A stretch of 64,000 bases of DNA. It comes from Octopus vulgaris. Lineage: Eukaryota. This document shows positions 1-12,632 of the stretch, piece by piece. The translations under genes and the position numbers were made by a program. Numbering within the stretch: the stretch's first letter is position 1; the number at the start of each line of letters is the position of its first letter. The DNA lies in contig OX597842.1 in assembly GCA_951406725.2 (NCBI GenBank), positions 7,502,001 through 7,566,000 of the forward strand, in the 5' to 3' direction. The notes beneath the pieces were generated by a model. The model ran no database searches. It was not told where the DNA came from and saw nothing but the letters and a program-made list of their open reading frames with translations.

Positions 1-169
1 AGTAGTAGTAGTGGTGGTGGTGGTGGTGGTGGTGGTGGTGGCGGTGGTGGTAGTAGTAGTGGTGGTGGTGGTGGTGGTGGTAGTAGTAGTAGTGGTGGTG
101 GTGGTGGTGGTGGTGGTGGTGGTGGTAGGGGTGGTGGTGATGGTAGTAGTAGCAGTGGTGGTGGTGATG

Positions 170-218
<49 letters not shown>

Positions 219-307
219 CGGTGGTGGTGGTGGTAGTAGTAGTAGTAGCAGCAGTGACAGCATCATCATTATCATCATCATCATCATCAGCAGCAGCAGC
301 AGCAGTA

Positions 308-352
<45 letters not shown>

Positions 353-375
353 TAGCGGTAATAGTAGTAGTAGTG
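1..375. repeat. Compound (GTG)n/(GTA)n/(CAT)n trinucleotide microsatellite
   Basis: Direct reading. Confidence 0.95.
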
Positions 376-658
376 GGAGGCATGGTGCAAGTGCAACAGT
401 TGCTCCCCTGCTCCCAACCTCGCCGCACCCCCACCCCCTCCCACCCTGCACTCCCGCCCACACACCCACCCACTCAGAGGAAGGTGATACTAGTAGCACT
501 ACAACCAAAGCCAGTCGCTTGACTGCACTCCGGTGCATTACAGAGCAGCAGCAATAAGTGATGCACTGCAGTGATTGATGAGGGGAGTCTTGACGTGATC
601 ACGTGCCTTGCTAGAGATAGAAGCTAAAAAAAAATCGACCTTCAATCACACCACCACC

Positions 659-808
659 CAGGGGTGGACTAAGAGTATTGGGGTCCCTCGGGCATAACTG
701 TTAACCAGGCCCCTTTGAATGTGTAGAGTTAACATGTAGAGTGCGGGCGCCTCAGGGCTCCAGGACCTCAGGCAGTGCCCGATTGACCGACAGCTCAGTC
801 CACCCCTG
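659..808. mobile_element. 150-bp MITE, hAT-like termini
   Basis: Perfect 12-bp TIR caggggtggact/agtccacccctg; 8-bp flanks ccaccacc and tcgccacc match at 6 of 8 positions. Confidence 0.65.
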
Positions 809-945
809 TCGCCACCATTTTTCAAAAATGCCACATTCCTAGATTCGCTGGGTTTTGAAGTAGTTGCTGCTAGAAATAACAGTCAAAATCCCATCAAATC
901 AGACAGTGATTTTGAAGGGTTTGATATAAGATGGACTCTCTCTCT

Positions 946-1153
946 TTTTTACTCTTTTACTTGTTTCAGTGATTTGACTGCGACCATGCTGGAGCACCGC
1001 CTTTAGTCAAGCAAATTGACCCCAGGACTTAATCTTTGTAAGCATAGTACTTATTCTATCGCTCTCTTTGCCGAACTGCTAAGTTACGGAGACGTAAACG
1101 CACCAGCATCGGTTGTCAAGTGATGTTGTGGTGGGGGAATAAACACAGACACA

Positions 1154-1204
<51 letters not shown>

Positions 1205-1344
1205 CGACAGGTTTCTTTCAGTTTCTGTCTACCAAATCCACTCACAAGGCTTTGGTCAGCCCGAGGCTATAGCAGAAGAGACTTGCCCAAGATGCCACAT
1301 GTAGTTTGTAAGCAAGCTACTTACCACACGGTCACTCGTGTGCC
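946..1344 (-). mobile_element. tRNA-derived SINE family A (internal CA/TA tract, AAAAGAG tail)
   Basis: Same ~400-450 bp element recurs more than 15 times in the window; boundaries approximate. Confidence 0.85.
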
Positions 1345-1855
1345 TTGATTACATAATATACAAAATAATGTAGTCCTAGATACACTATGTCTGAATAGAA
1401 GACAGGATGGCCACAGCTAGAACATCTTTGATTTTAGGCCTGTAGAATTAGTACTACCTTGGGGCCAAGCAACAACCACAATAATAATAGTCATTAATAC
1501 TTACTAATATACTATATAGATTCATGTTGTATTTCTATGGTAAGGCGGTGAATCTGTATGGAATCTTTCGTTCAGATTCATGTTGCCATCTTAATGCTGA
1601 GCTTCCCTTGGTGATGCATGTACCATAATTGTCCACAAATCTGATGACTTTGCTGCCAACATTTTGTTGACAGCATGCACTTGCTGCAAATGTTACCTGC
1701 AGCAATGTAAATAAATCCTTAACAGCATGAATTTCACAGGTCTTAAGAGGGTCTGAATAATTCATGGGTGATGCATCTTCTTTCAGACTGAACAACAAAA
1801 TTAATAACATTCTGTGTAAACCTCATGTCATGTGAAACTTACATTCCATCTGATA

Positions 1856-2241
1856 TGAAGGTCAGCTAAAAAGTTCATAGGTTGACCAAGATAGTTTCAT
1901 TAAATGTGACCGAATGAAGCTTATTTTACCACATCTCTTCCATCAATGTCACAGTGCTTGCATCCCATTGGTGAAGAAACTTTCATTTTGTTGGTCAAAA
2001 AAGCCATCAACAGCAGATATGGCATTATAATCACTGAGATAGAAGCCCCCAGCGAAGTGTTTTTCATGTTGTCAGATAGGTGTAGGAGTGGCTGTGTGGT
2101 AAGTAGCTTGCTTACGGACCACATGGTTCTGGGTTCAGACACACTGCGTGACACCTTGGCCAAGTGTCTTCTACTATAGCCTCGGGCTGACCAAAGCCTT
2201 GTGAGTGGATTTGGCAGACGGAAACTGAAAGAAGCCCGTTG

Positions 2242-2310
<69 letters not shown>

Positions 2311-2933
2311 ATGTGTTTGTATGTCTGTGTTCGTCCTCACCAATATTGCTTGACAACTGATGCTGGTGTGTTTATGTCCCTGTAACTTAGCAGTTCGGCA
2401 AAAGAGACTGATAGAATAAGTACTAGGCTTACAAAGAATAAGCCCTGGGGTCGATTTGCTCGACTAAAGGCAGTGCTCCAGTATGACCGCAGTCAAATGA
2501 CTAAAACAAGTAAAAGAGTAAAAGAGTAAAAGAGTCACCTGTTATGAACATGATCTTTATTTTCCTTGGTGATGGCAGTTGCAGAACGTCCAGACCTTGG
2601 GCCATCTCCAAGTCTCTCTCTTCCTTTCTTAAATTCAGTTGCCTACTTTTACAGTGTTGATAAACCTGGAGCATGGTCCCTTAACTTATCAACCGTTTTA
2701 GCATGAATTTCCTTTGGGGCTTAGCTTTTTCTGCAAGTACTTGATATCATCACAATGCCAAATTTTGTCCATTTTGATAAGTTGCTACCAGTTACTTTTG
2801 AAGTCTTCTTTGAACAGTCAGACGTCAGTTTACCTGGAAAGACGCAATGGAGTTATTAATAAGAAGGGTTGAAATTAATGCATGCAAGATTTCATAGCTC
2901 TGGCAACCCTATGAACTTTTCAGCCCAACCTTG
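1856..2933. mobile_element. Degenerate mariner-like DNA transposon interrupted by a SINE
   Basis: Imperfect TIRs gaaggtcagctaaaaagttcatagg and ccctatgaacttttcagcccaaccttg. Confidence 0.5.
2078..2534 (+). mobile_element. SINE family A
   Basis: Head ggagtggctgtgtggtaag with A/B-box-like motifs, (TA)n core, gtaaaaga tail. Confidence 0.85.
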
Positions 2934-2944
2934 AATGACGCTGA

Positions 2945-3185
2945 CATCAACATCATCATCGTCATCATTACCATCACCATCAATATCACCACCTCTATCA
3001 TCATTATTACCACCACCACCATCATCATCACTATCACCATCATCACCATCATCACCACCACCATCGTCACTATCACCACCACCATTATCATCACCACCAC
3101 CACCACCACCACCATCACCACCATCATCATCATCATCATCATCACATCACAGTCACACCACCACCACCACCATCACCATCATCGT
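2945..3185. repeat. (CAT/CAC)n microsatellite
   Basis: Direct reading. Confidence 0.9.
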
Positions 3186-3471
3186 CAGTTAATGTCCATT
3201 TTCTTCTATGCAAGCTACAGGGCTGCCTCATGTTCCGGTGTCTGCTTTTGATATGATGATTTCTACGACTAGATGCCCTTCCTGAAGCTAACCCCTTTTC
3301 CAATGTGTACTGGAGGCCTTGTGTGTGTGTGTGTGTCTGGTGTGTGTATACCACTGGTGCTAGTGAGGTTATTACGAGAAAACAGACAAGAAAACAAAAC
3401 CCCACACCCTCAGTTAAAACTCTCATAAAACTCTCAAAGAGCAACATTCTATGTGACAATATCCGGCCATG

Positions 3472-3900
3472 TCAAGGCAGCAAGCTTGCTGCTTTGACAT
3501 GCAGGGCGAAATGCTTAGCGGTATTTCGTCTGCCGTTACGTTCTGAGTTCAAATTCCTCCAAGGTTGACTTTGCCTTTCATCCTTTTGGGGTCGATAAAT
3601 TAGGTACCAGTTAAGCACTGGGGTCGATGTAATCAACTGAATCCCTTTGTCTGTTCTTGTGTGTCCCCTCTATGTTTAGCCCTTGTGGGCAATAAAGAAA
3701 TAAGAAATGCTAGACACCAGACAAAATGCTTAGCGGTATTTCATCTGTCGTTACGTTCTGAGTTCAAATGCTGCCGGAGTCGACTTTTGCCTTTCATCCT
3801 TTTGGGGGTCTTTAAATTAAGTACCAGTCAATCAGGGGTCAATCTAATTGACTGGCCACCCAGCTCCCAAAAAATTTCAGGCCTTGTGCCTAAAGTGGAA
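3472..3900 (+). mobile_element. SINE family C, two partial tandem copies (gcctttcatcctttcggggtcgataaa core)
   Basis: Also near 22085, 36790, 37660, 37990, 44290, 46030, 59235 and 61960. Confidence 0.7.
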
Positions 3901-4399
3901 ATGAAAAAAAAATCATGCCATGTGACAATTATACATCATGTGATATATCATGTGATATAGCATGGCTACCAGAGTTGTAAGCATTCTCAACATGGCAGTG
4001 ATAGAATAATGTTCTTATTGCTTAGCCTGGTCAAGTAGACATATGATGAAAGACATTCCAATTGTGACCAATCCAAAGTGCATCTGGAACTATATTAACC
4101 TACATGTCCTTTTAAAATATAGAAGAATGCAGGCTGTGTTGGAGAAAGATTTAGCTGTTGTTTCTAGCTGATCAGATAACCAAGTACAGGCTCCCTTGTC
4201 AGTTGGTTAACTGTTTGAGAGTCATAAAAGGGGATTCCAATAGTGTCGGGTGGCTTGCTAGAAATAGCAGTTAAATGTTACTCCAGCATTGACCTGACAT
4301 GAAGGCCGTTTTAGCTGACCTATGATAACCCTGTGCCCTGGGCCACTCCCCAGTGTGCCATGCCTTAAGATGTCACAGCTGACTCTGTTTTCTGTCACC

Positions 4400-4945
4400 T
4401 TATACTCTCTCACTTTATATCTTTCTATCGTATTCCTCCTTCTTCGCTGTCTGCCTCTCTCTTTACTTTCCTTTTTCTACTCTCTTCATTTACTCACTCC
4501 CTTCCTCCAACTTCAATTATCATTATTTCTCTCTTTGTCACTCTCTGTCTATCATCATCTCTCTCTCCCTCTCTCTGTGTTCATCTTTATCTCCCTTTGT
4601 CTGTCTCTATCACTCTCTCTCCATCTCTCCCTCTCTATCTGTCTTTAACTCCCCCTCTCTCTGTGTCCATCTTTATCTCTCTCTCTTTTCCTGTCTTTAT
4701 CTCTCTCTGTCACTCTCTCTCCCTCGGTATATGTCTCTCTCTCTCTCTCTCTCTCCTCTCTTTCTGCCTATCTTTATCTCCCTCTCTCTATATGTCTTTC
4801 TCTCTCTCTCTCTCTCTCTGCCTATCTTTATCTCCCTCTCTCTATATCTCTTTCTCTCCCTCTGTCACTGTCTGTCTGACTTTCTCTCCCTCTTTCTCAC
4901 TCCCTCCCTATTTCTCTCTCTCTCTCACTCTCTCTTTCTCACTAC
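4400..4945. repeat. CT-rich low-complexity tract
   Basis: Direct reading. Confidence 0.9.
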
Positions 4946-5242
4946 CAGCAGATCAATGCTAACCCTTTCCCCTCCTCACCCTTCCACTCCCGCCCGGCAA
5001 CTCTGTCAGCCAATCAACAAATGACATCAACAGCACCCTGGCAAATGCATCTCCTCTTCCTACTACCCCCATTGTTACTCAGTATACATACATCACTCTC
5101 TCTTCCTTCCTGATTCCATTCAACTCTCTTTCTCTCTCCACGTCTTTCAAGAACAGCTTCTCCATCTCTCTTTCCTACACTCTCACACTCACCATTTAAT
5201 TTGCTCTCTCCCTTGCTTTTGTTCATTTCTTTCATTTACTCT

Positions 5243-5342
5243 NNNNNNNNNNNNNNNNNNNNNNNNNNNNNNNNNNNNNNNNNNNNNNNNNNNNNNNNNN
5301 NNNNNNNNNNNNNNNNNNNNNNNNNNNNNNNNNNNNNNNNNN
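5243..5342. other. Assembly gap (100 N)
   Basis: Run of N. Confidence 1.
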
Positions 5343-6515
5343 AAGCACCATCTGAACGAGGCTGTTGCCAGTGAAGCCTCCGATGGCTTCTGTGCCGGTG
5401 ACACATAAAAAGCACCATCTGAACGAGGCTGTTGCCAGTGAAGCCTCCGATGGCTTCTGTGCCGGTGACACATAAAAAGCACCATCTGAACGAGGCTGTT
5501 GCCAGTGAAGCCTCCGATGGCTTCTGTGCCGGTGACACATAAAAAGCACCATCTGAACGAGGCTGTTGCCAGTGAAGCCTCCGATGGCTTCTGTGCCGGT
5601 GACACATAAAAAGCACCATCTGAACGAGGCTGTTGCCAGTGAAGCCTCCGATGGCTTCTGTGCCGGTGACACATAAAAAGCACCATCTGAACGAGGCTGT
5701 TGCCAGTGAAGCCTCCGATGGCTTCTGTGCCGGTGACACATAAAAAGCACCATCTGAACGAGGCTGTTGCCAGTGAAGCCTCCGATGGCTTCTGTGCCGG
5801 TGACACATAAAAAGCACCATCTGAACGAGGCTGTTGCCAGTGAAGCCTCCGATGGCTTCTGTGCCGGTGACACATAAAAAGCACCATCTGAACGAGGCTG
5901 TTGCCAGTGAAGCCTCCGATGGCTTCTGTGCCGGTGACACATAAAAAGCACCATCTGAACGAGGCTGTTGCCAGTGAAGCCTCCGATGGCTTCTGTGCCG
6001 GTGACACATAAAAAGCACCATCTGAACGAGGCTGTTGCCAGTGAAGCCTCCGATGGCTTCTGTGCCGGTGACACATAAAAAGCACCATCTGAACGAGGCT
6101 GTTGCCAGTGAAGCCTCCGATGGCTTCTGTGCCGGTGACACATAAAAAGCACCATCTGAACGAGGCTGTTGCCAGTGAAGCCTCCGATGGCTTCTGTGCC
6201 GGTGACACATAAAAAGCACCATCTGAACGAGGCTGTTGCCAGTGAAGCCTCCGATGGCTTCTGTGCCGGTGACACATAAAAAGCACCATCTGAACGAGGC
6301 TGTTGCCAGTGAAGCCTCCGATGGCTTCTGTGCCGGTGACACATAAAAAGCACCATCTGAACGAGGCTGTTGCCAGTGAAGCCTCCGATGGCTTCTGTGC
6401 CGGTGACACATAAAAAGCACCATCTGAACGAGGCTGTTGCCAGTGCAGCCTCCGATGGCTTCTGTGCCGGTGACACATAAAAAGCACCATCTGAACGAGG
6501 CTGTTGCCAGTCAGC
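5343..6515 (+). repeat. 67-bp tandem array, about 17.5 near-identical copies
   Basis: Unit aagcaccatctgaacgaggctgttgccagtgaagcctccgatggcttctgtgccggtgacacataaa; period 67 measured. Confidence 0.97.
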
Positions 6516-6984
6516 CTCCGAATGGGTTCTGTGCCGGTGGCACACCATCCGAATGCTGATGCCACCCGCCCGAATGGGTTCTGTGCCGGTGGCATAAAAA
6601 GCAACATCCGAACGTGGCCGATGCCAGCACCGCCCCGACTGGCTTCTGCGCCGGTGGCACATAAAAAGCACCATCCGAACGTGGCCGATGCCAGCACCGC
6701 CTTGACTGGCTTCTGTGCCAGTAGCACAAAAAAAAAAAAAAAAAAAAAAGCACCAACTGATCGTGGCCGATGCCAGACCCCTCTGGCACCTGTGCAGGTG
6801 GCACGTAAAAAAGCACCCACTACACTCACGGAGTTGTTGGCGTTAAGAAGGGCATCCAGCTGTAGAAACACTGCCAGATCAGACTGGAGCCTGGGGCAGC
6901 CCCTGGCTTCCCAGACCCCGGTCGAACCGTCCAACCCGTGCTAGCGCGGAAAACGGACGTTAAACGATGATGATGATGATGATG
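5343..6984 (+). mobile_element. RTE-LINE 3'UTR with expanded internal tandem units and (GAT)n tail
   Basis: Same units and terminal block as the copy at 48970-49852, which retains RTE coding sequence. Confidence 0.8.
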
Positions 6985-7225
6985 AATCAGCCTTTTTGAG
7001 CACATCATTGGAAATCCTGAAGCATGGGATGATACCACCATAAATTCAGCAATTGGATTCTTACAAACTTTAAAAGCTCCTGATTTCTTATTTTTGTTAG
7101 AAGTATTCAGTGAGATTTTTTCTTTTTTCATATTTAACATACTCCAGAGTAAAAGTCATGACATAGTGTAAAGATCAAATAGAACTAGAACTGTACTCGA
7201 AAACAAACTTGATAATTTTTCAATC

Positions 7226-7532
7226 TCTTTTACTTGTTTCAGTCATTTGACTGCGGCCATGCTCGAGCACCGCCTTTAATCGAGCAACTCGACCCCGGGA
7301 CTTATTCTATCGGTCTATTTTGCCGAACCGCTAAGAACGGGGACATAAACACACCAGCATCGGTTGCCAAGCAATGCTAGGGGGACAAACACACACACGC
7401 ATATATATATACATATATACCACGGGCTTCTTTCAGTTTCCGTCTACCAAATCCACTCACAAGGCTTTGGTCGGCCCGAGACTATAGTAGAAGACCCTTG
7501 CCCAAGGTGCCACGCAGTGGAACTGAACCCGG
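7226..7532 (-). mobile_element. SINE family A, head truncated
   Basis: Homology to other copies in the window. Confidence 0.8.
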
Positions 7533-7539
7533 GGGAAAA

Positions 7540-7745
7540 ATATGGAGTCGATGCAGGAATCGGAATTCAGAGATCCAAGAACATATCTATTGAGCCCCAA
7601 CGACATTATAAAATGCTTTATAACAAAATTATCAGTACAATAGTTGACCAAATAAAAGCATAATATTCATCCTTAGAAGAGTTTAAATTCATGGAACTTT
7701 CGAATTTCAACAAATTTGATGAGTATTGCAAACAATTTAAAAATC
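7540..7745 (+). pseudogene. Probable hAT-type transposase fragment
   Basis: LYNKIISTIVDQIKA*YSSLEEFKFMEL resembles hAT C-terminal regions; in-frame stop. Confidence 0.4.
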
Positions 7746-7904
7746 ATGGGTACTATTTAAGAAGAGTGGTCCCGGTGCGCGCACCCGAGCATCCACGCCA
7801 GCTAGTCGTGACTAGTCGATCGTTACTTTGTGTTTTATTTACTTTGTTTAAAACATTATTTACTTTGTGTTTTTGTGTTTTATATATTTTGTTTAAAAAA
7901 TTTA

Positions 7905-8210
7905 TTTACTTGCGCGGCTAACCCAGAGTCATACATAGGTGAGACCTCTAGAAGCATCAATGATAGGTTCAAAGAACACCTGGACAACTACATTGAAAGG
8001 AAGACAAACTCCATCTTCTACCAACATGCTGTAGACTGTCACAAGGGATCCTTAGGGGAGCTTAAGTTGAACATCCTATCTACACATCCCACCGATGCAA
8101 TGTTGAGACAGGTCACAGAAGCTGTTTGTATACAAGAATACAAACCTACTCTCAACCGAAAGTCCGAATGGAATAACATCCAGATCCCATTCAGAAGGAC
8201 TATTCTATAA
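7905..8210 (+). mobile_element. Penelope-like element GIY-YIG endonuclease C-terminal fragment
   Basis: YIGETSR...RFKEH...H...EAVCIQEYKPTLN pattern. Confidence 0.85.
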
Positions 8211-8374
8211 CCACCCCTCGCTCTCTCTCCCTTTCACCTGTAGTCCTTACATACAGGTTGCAACGCGTATGTGCAGTTATATACAACGGTATGAGCAGAC
8301 GTTGTTTGATACGAACAGTTGCACCTAGGCCTTGTATCCATTCACGGTTAGACGATGATGAGAGGAACAAACAC

Positions 8375-9140
8375 ACACCCACACACATATATATATGTGT
8401 GTGTGCGTCTATACAAACATATATGTAAATATGTATACAACCTTCAGCAAAGTAACAGTCATGTACACAACTTGGACGGACACATGCCAGTACACGGACA
8501 TACGTTCACATACACATACACATGTACACACTCTCACAGACACATCTGCCCATTCTCCTAGACATTCACATACATACGTAGCACATGAATACAAACATAC
8601 ATACATACCTACGTATGGGCATACACACGTACATGTACGCACACACATACATGGGCGGATACTTACATACGCACATGCGTACGTATGTACATACACACAT
8701 ACATACACATATACATACATACACACATACATACATACATACATACATACATACATACATACATACATACATACATACATACATACGCACATACATACAT
8801 ACATACATACGCACAATAGTTCTGTGATATAGAGATAAAAATCTGATAATAGATTTTAGGGTATAGTTTTGGGAGTAAGCGTCATAAATCACTTTCTAGC
8901 TTCGGCCGTAGGAAGTTGAAATTTGATAGCTTTGTGATGAGTGGTCACTCTACATCCATCCATCGCCACAGGTTTATAGCTTTATGTTTTATAGAGTGTA
9001 TGTGTGTGCATATACACACACATACATACATACATACATACATACATACATGCATACACAGGCGTATGTGCGTACATGCATACGTACATACATACACACA
9101 TGTATGCATACATACACACATACATACGTACATATATATG
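8375..9140. repeat. (CATA)n/(CA)n degenerate microsatellite
   Basis: Direct reading. Confidence 0.9.
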
Positions 9141-9177
9141 ACGAACTAACTGTTACTTTCTTAGATGCAGCACGGAC

Positions 9178-9227
9178 TTTGTCAGTGAACAGGTCGCGGA
9201 TTTTAGCGACGAAAATATTTTGACAAA
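9178..9227 (+). ncRNA. Type-I hammerhead-like ribozyme with G3-C8 core
   Basis: tttgtca-GTGAACA-g-gtcgc..gcgac-GAAA-atat-TT-tgacaaa; 7-bp stem I, 5-bp stem II, palindromic stem III. Confidence 0.65.
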
Positions 9228-9365
9228 TTAAACTTAAATGTTGAAGTGAATCGAATGGCTTTTGTGTGTTTCTTAAATGCCTTATAAACACCTTCCACGC
9301 TGCAATTGTTTTCGTTTCAGCACACGATCTCAGATCAAATTACTTGCTATGCGAGTACATCTCCG

Positions 9366-9417
<52 letters not shown>

Positions 9418-9425
9418 TATTATAA

Positions 9426-9898
9426 TCTATATATATAAAACTCTAGTTGTGTGAGTGTCTGTCCCCTTCGATTTAGATTCCTAACTCCTCCCACATTTTG
9501 CGGTGCAGTTTAACCAAATTCGGGTATCTTATAGTCGTGATTCATATCGAGCCCGTCTGGCTATTAGCGCGCGTCAACGATGAGTCTACGATTTAAAAAA
9601 TAATTTAACATCATTTTTTATTCCATTTTAATGCATAATTTTTCGTGTCGATGGCGGCGGAGTTGGCGTCCACGCTCACAGCTGCACCTGTGGGGAAGGA
9701 GTGTAAGGAAATCAACGTCGTAATGCGTTGTCAAGGAGACCAGCGTTCTTTTAGAACAACGACTTCATGGCTTGAAGACACCAAAACAGAAATGGCCAAG
9801 AAAGCCCGAATTGGCATCTATAAGGGAAGTAACTCTCTAAAAATGCTTATATAGTTATTTCCCTTACAAACCCGAGCAACGCCGGGCGATACTGCTAG
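9426..9898 (+). mobile_element. Non-autonomous Helitron
   Basis: 5' TC, subterminal hairpin cccgagcaacgccggg, 3' CTAG, inserted between A and T. Confidence 0.85.
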
Positions 9899-9899
9899 T

Positions 9900-10310
9900 A
9901 TTATATAAAATCCGTTCTGTCTGTGTGTGTGTCTTCTAGGATCTCGGGCATCCTCCATCCGATTGCACTCAAATTCGATATGTAGATACCAACGGTATCA
10001 GGGCGTGTAATAAGTCTTGAAAAAATTACAAAAATCAATTCCAGGTGAGAATGCGATCAATAAAGCCGTGGGAACGTGCATTTGTACGTGCAAGTACATC
10101 AGCTGTTGCGATCGATACTACGTGTGCATGAGAAAAGTGCAAGTGCAGTTTGCACAAAAAAAGCTAACCTGTTTGGTGTCTCAAATTTAGGTTAAATCAG
10201 TGTTTCTCAAAGGGGAGGCCTATGGGATGTTCAGACATGTTGTTTTGAAAAAATTTTGTTTAAATGTTTGACAGATCAGCACCGTCCATTGGACGGGGGG
10301 CGTTTTGCTT
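9900..10310 (+). mobile_element. Helitron/Helentron-like repeat; related copy at 25430-25800
   Basis: tatataaaatcc..ctgtctgtgtg head; two copies in the window. Confidence 0.5.
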
Positions 10311-10334
10311 GTATATATATATATATATATACTC

Positions 10335-10732
10335 TCTCTCTCTTTTACTTGTTTCAGTCATTTGACTGCGGCCATGCTGGAGCACCGCCTTTAGTCGAGC
10401 AAATCGACCCCGGACTTATTCTTTGTAAGCCCAGTTCTTATTCTATCGGTCTCTTTTGCCGAACCGCTAAGTGACGGGGACATAAACACACCAGCATCGG
10501 TTGTCAAGCAATGCTAGGGGGACAAACACAGACACACACACACATATATATATATATATACATATATACGACAGGCTTCTTTCAATTTACATCTACCAAG
10601 TCCACTCACAAGGCATTCATCGGCCCGGGGCTATAGCAGAAGACACTTGCCCAAGATGCCACGCAGTGGGACTGAACCCAGAACCATGTGGTTGGTAAGC
10701 AAGCTACTTACCACACAGCCACTCCTGCGCCA
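10335..10732 (-). mobile_element. SINE family A
   Basis: Full-length copy. Confidence 0.85.
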
Positions 10733-11112
10733 ATGGAACTGAATCAAAGCTGCTTTCTAGTGATTGATCGTTGTATCAATTTCTTATCAGCCAAAGGTTT
10801 TTAGAGGAATTGCGTAATCCAGAGGGTCCTGACGGTTTTGTGTTTTGGCAAAGCTGTAATCAAATTGTGCAAATTGCAGAAGTCAGTAGTTGTCCATAGT
10901 TTCTAATGCTGACAAAATGACAGACACGGGAAACAGAACAATTTGTGACTGTGTGGTAAGAAGCTTGCTTCCCAACCATATGGTTCTGAGTTCAGTTCCA
11001 CTGCATGACACCTTTGGGAAAGCGTCTTCTACTACAGCCTCAGACCAACCAAAACCTTGTGAGTGGATTTGGTCCACTGAAAGAAGCCCAATGTGTGTGT
11101 GTGTATGTATAT

Positions 11113-11152
<40 letters not shown>

Positions 11153-11249
11153 CATATTACATATATATATATATATGTATGTAAACACACCTAAACTGGT
11201 TGCCTCTCAGTTGCAGGAGATACAAAGACACATAGGTATATATTATTAT

Positions 11250-11292
11250 TCTACATATATATATATATATATATTATATATATGTATGTATG

Positions 11293-11325
<33 letters not shown>

Positions 11326-11531
11326 ATTATATATATATATATTATATATATATATGTATGTATATTATATATATATATATATATGTATGTATATTATATA
11401 TATATATATATATGTATGTATATTATATATATATATATATGTATATTATATATATATATATATGTATGTATATTATATATATATATATATATATGTATGT
11501 ATATTATATATATATATATATATGTATATAT

Positions 11532-11592
<61 letters not shown>
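11250..11592. repeat. Higher-order (TA)n/TATGTATGTATAT microsatellite
   Basis: Direct reading. Confidence 0.9.
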
Positions 11593-11593
<1 letters not shown>

Positions 11594-11828
11594 ATAATAT
11601 ATACCTATGTGCATTTGTATCTGTTTTGTCTCCTGACGGACAACCAGTCTATGTGTGTTTATGTAACTTAGCAGTCCGGCAAAAGAGACTAATAGAATAA
11701 TTACCAGGCTTTAAAAAACAGAGCACTAGGGTTCAGTCATTTGACTAACAATTCTTGAAAGTGGTGCCCCAGCATGGCTGCAGTCTAATGACTGAAACGA
11801 GTTAAAGATAAGGGCTAAAATATATACT

Positions 11829-12223
11829 CCACAGAAGTGGCTGTGTGGTAAGTAGCTTGCTTACCAACCACATGGTTCTGGGTTCAGTCCCACTGTGTGG
11901 CACCTTGGGCAAGTGTCTTCTACTATAGCCTCAGGTCGACCAAAGCCTTGTGAGTGGATTTGGTAGACGGAAACTAAAAGAAGTTTATCGTATATATGTA
12001 TGTTTGTGTGTGTGTGTTTGTCCCCCCCCCAACATCGCTTGACAACCGATGCTGGTATGTTTACGTCTCCATAACTTAGCGGTTCGGCAATACAGTCCGA
12101 TAGAATAAGTACTAGGTCTACAGAGAATAAGTCCTGGGGTCGATTTGCTCGACTAAAGGCGGTGCTCCAGCATGGCCGTAGTCAAATGACTGAAACAAGT
12201 AAAAGAGAAAAGAGAAAAAGAGT
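11829..12223 (+). mobile_element. SINE family A
   Basis: Full-length copy. Confidence 0.85.
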
Positions 12224-12411
12224 ACTGAAAAATCATGAAATAAATTAGAATGAAGCAAATATGCAAATTGACTCAGCATCCATTTTCCATCTAAATCTGT
12301 CTGACTATGAGGAAAGCTTTAAGTCCTTTGAATAGGCAAGTTTTTTATCTTTGACTCATTGGGCAGGAAAAACATCAGCGCCTCAGAAGAAAAGGCAGAA
12401 TTCTGGTTTAA

Positions 12412-12632
12412 CCCTTTAGTGTTCACATTATTCTGCCAAAATTAATGCTTCTTCATCCACATTGTTTTGAACTAATCATGCATTATCTTCTAGCTATGAG
12501 ATTTTGATGAGGTAGCTGTTAATTTTTAAAACAATATTGTAGGGTTGGTGTGAGAGACCAGATCTGGCCAGTTTGAACATAAGACAGGCAGAATACTTTT
12601 GGCCGGATATGGCCGGTTTAAATGCTAAAGGG
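12412..12632. mobile_element. TTAA-flanked MITE (piggyBac-like); degenerate tandem relatives at 25840-27150
   Basis: ttaa-ccctttag...ctaaaggg-ttaa. Confidence 0.75.

Noticed and set aside
5343-6800. CRISPR-like array
   Set aside because: Units are identical or homologous with no unique spacers, there are no cas genes, and the context is a eukaryotic LINE 3'UTR.
5189-6934. Long ORFs (581, 480 and 395 aa) on the minus strand
   Set aside because: They arise from a stop-free 67-bp repeat read in all three frames and run into Ns; not a gene.
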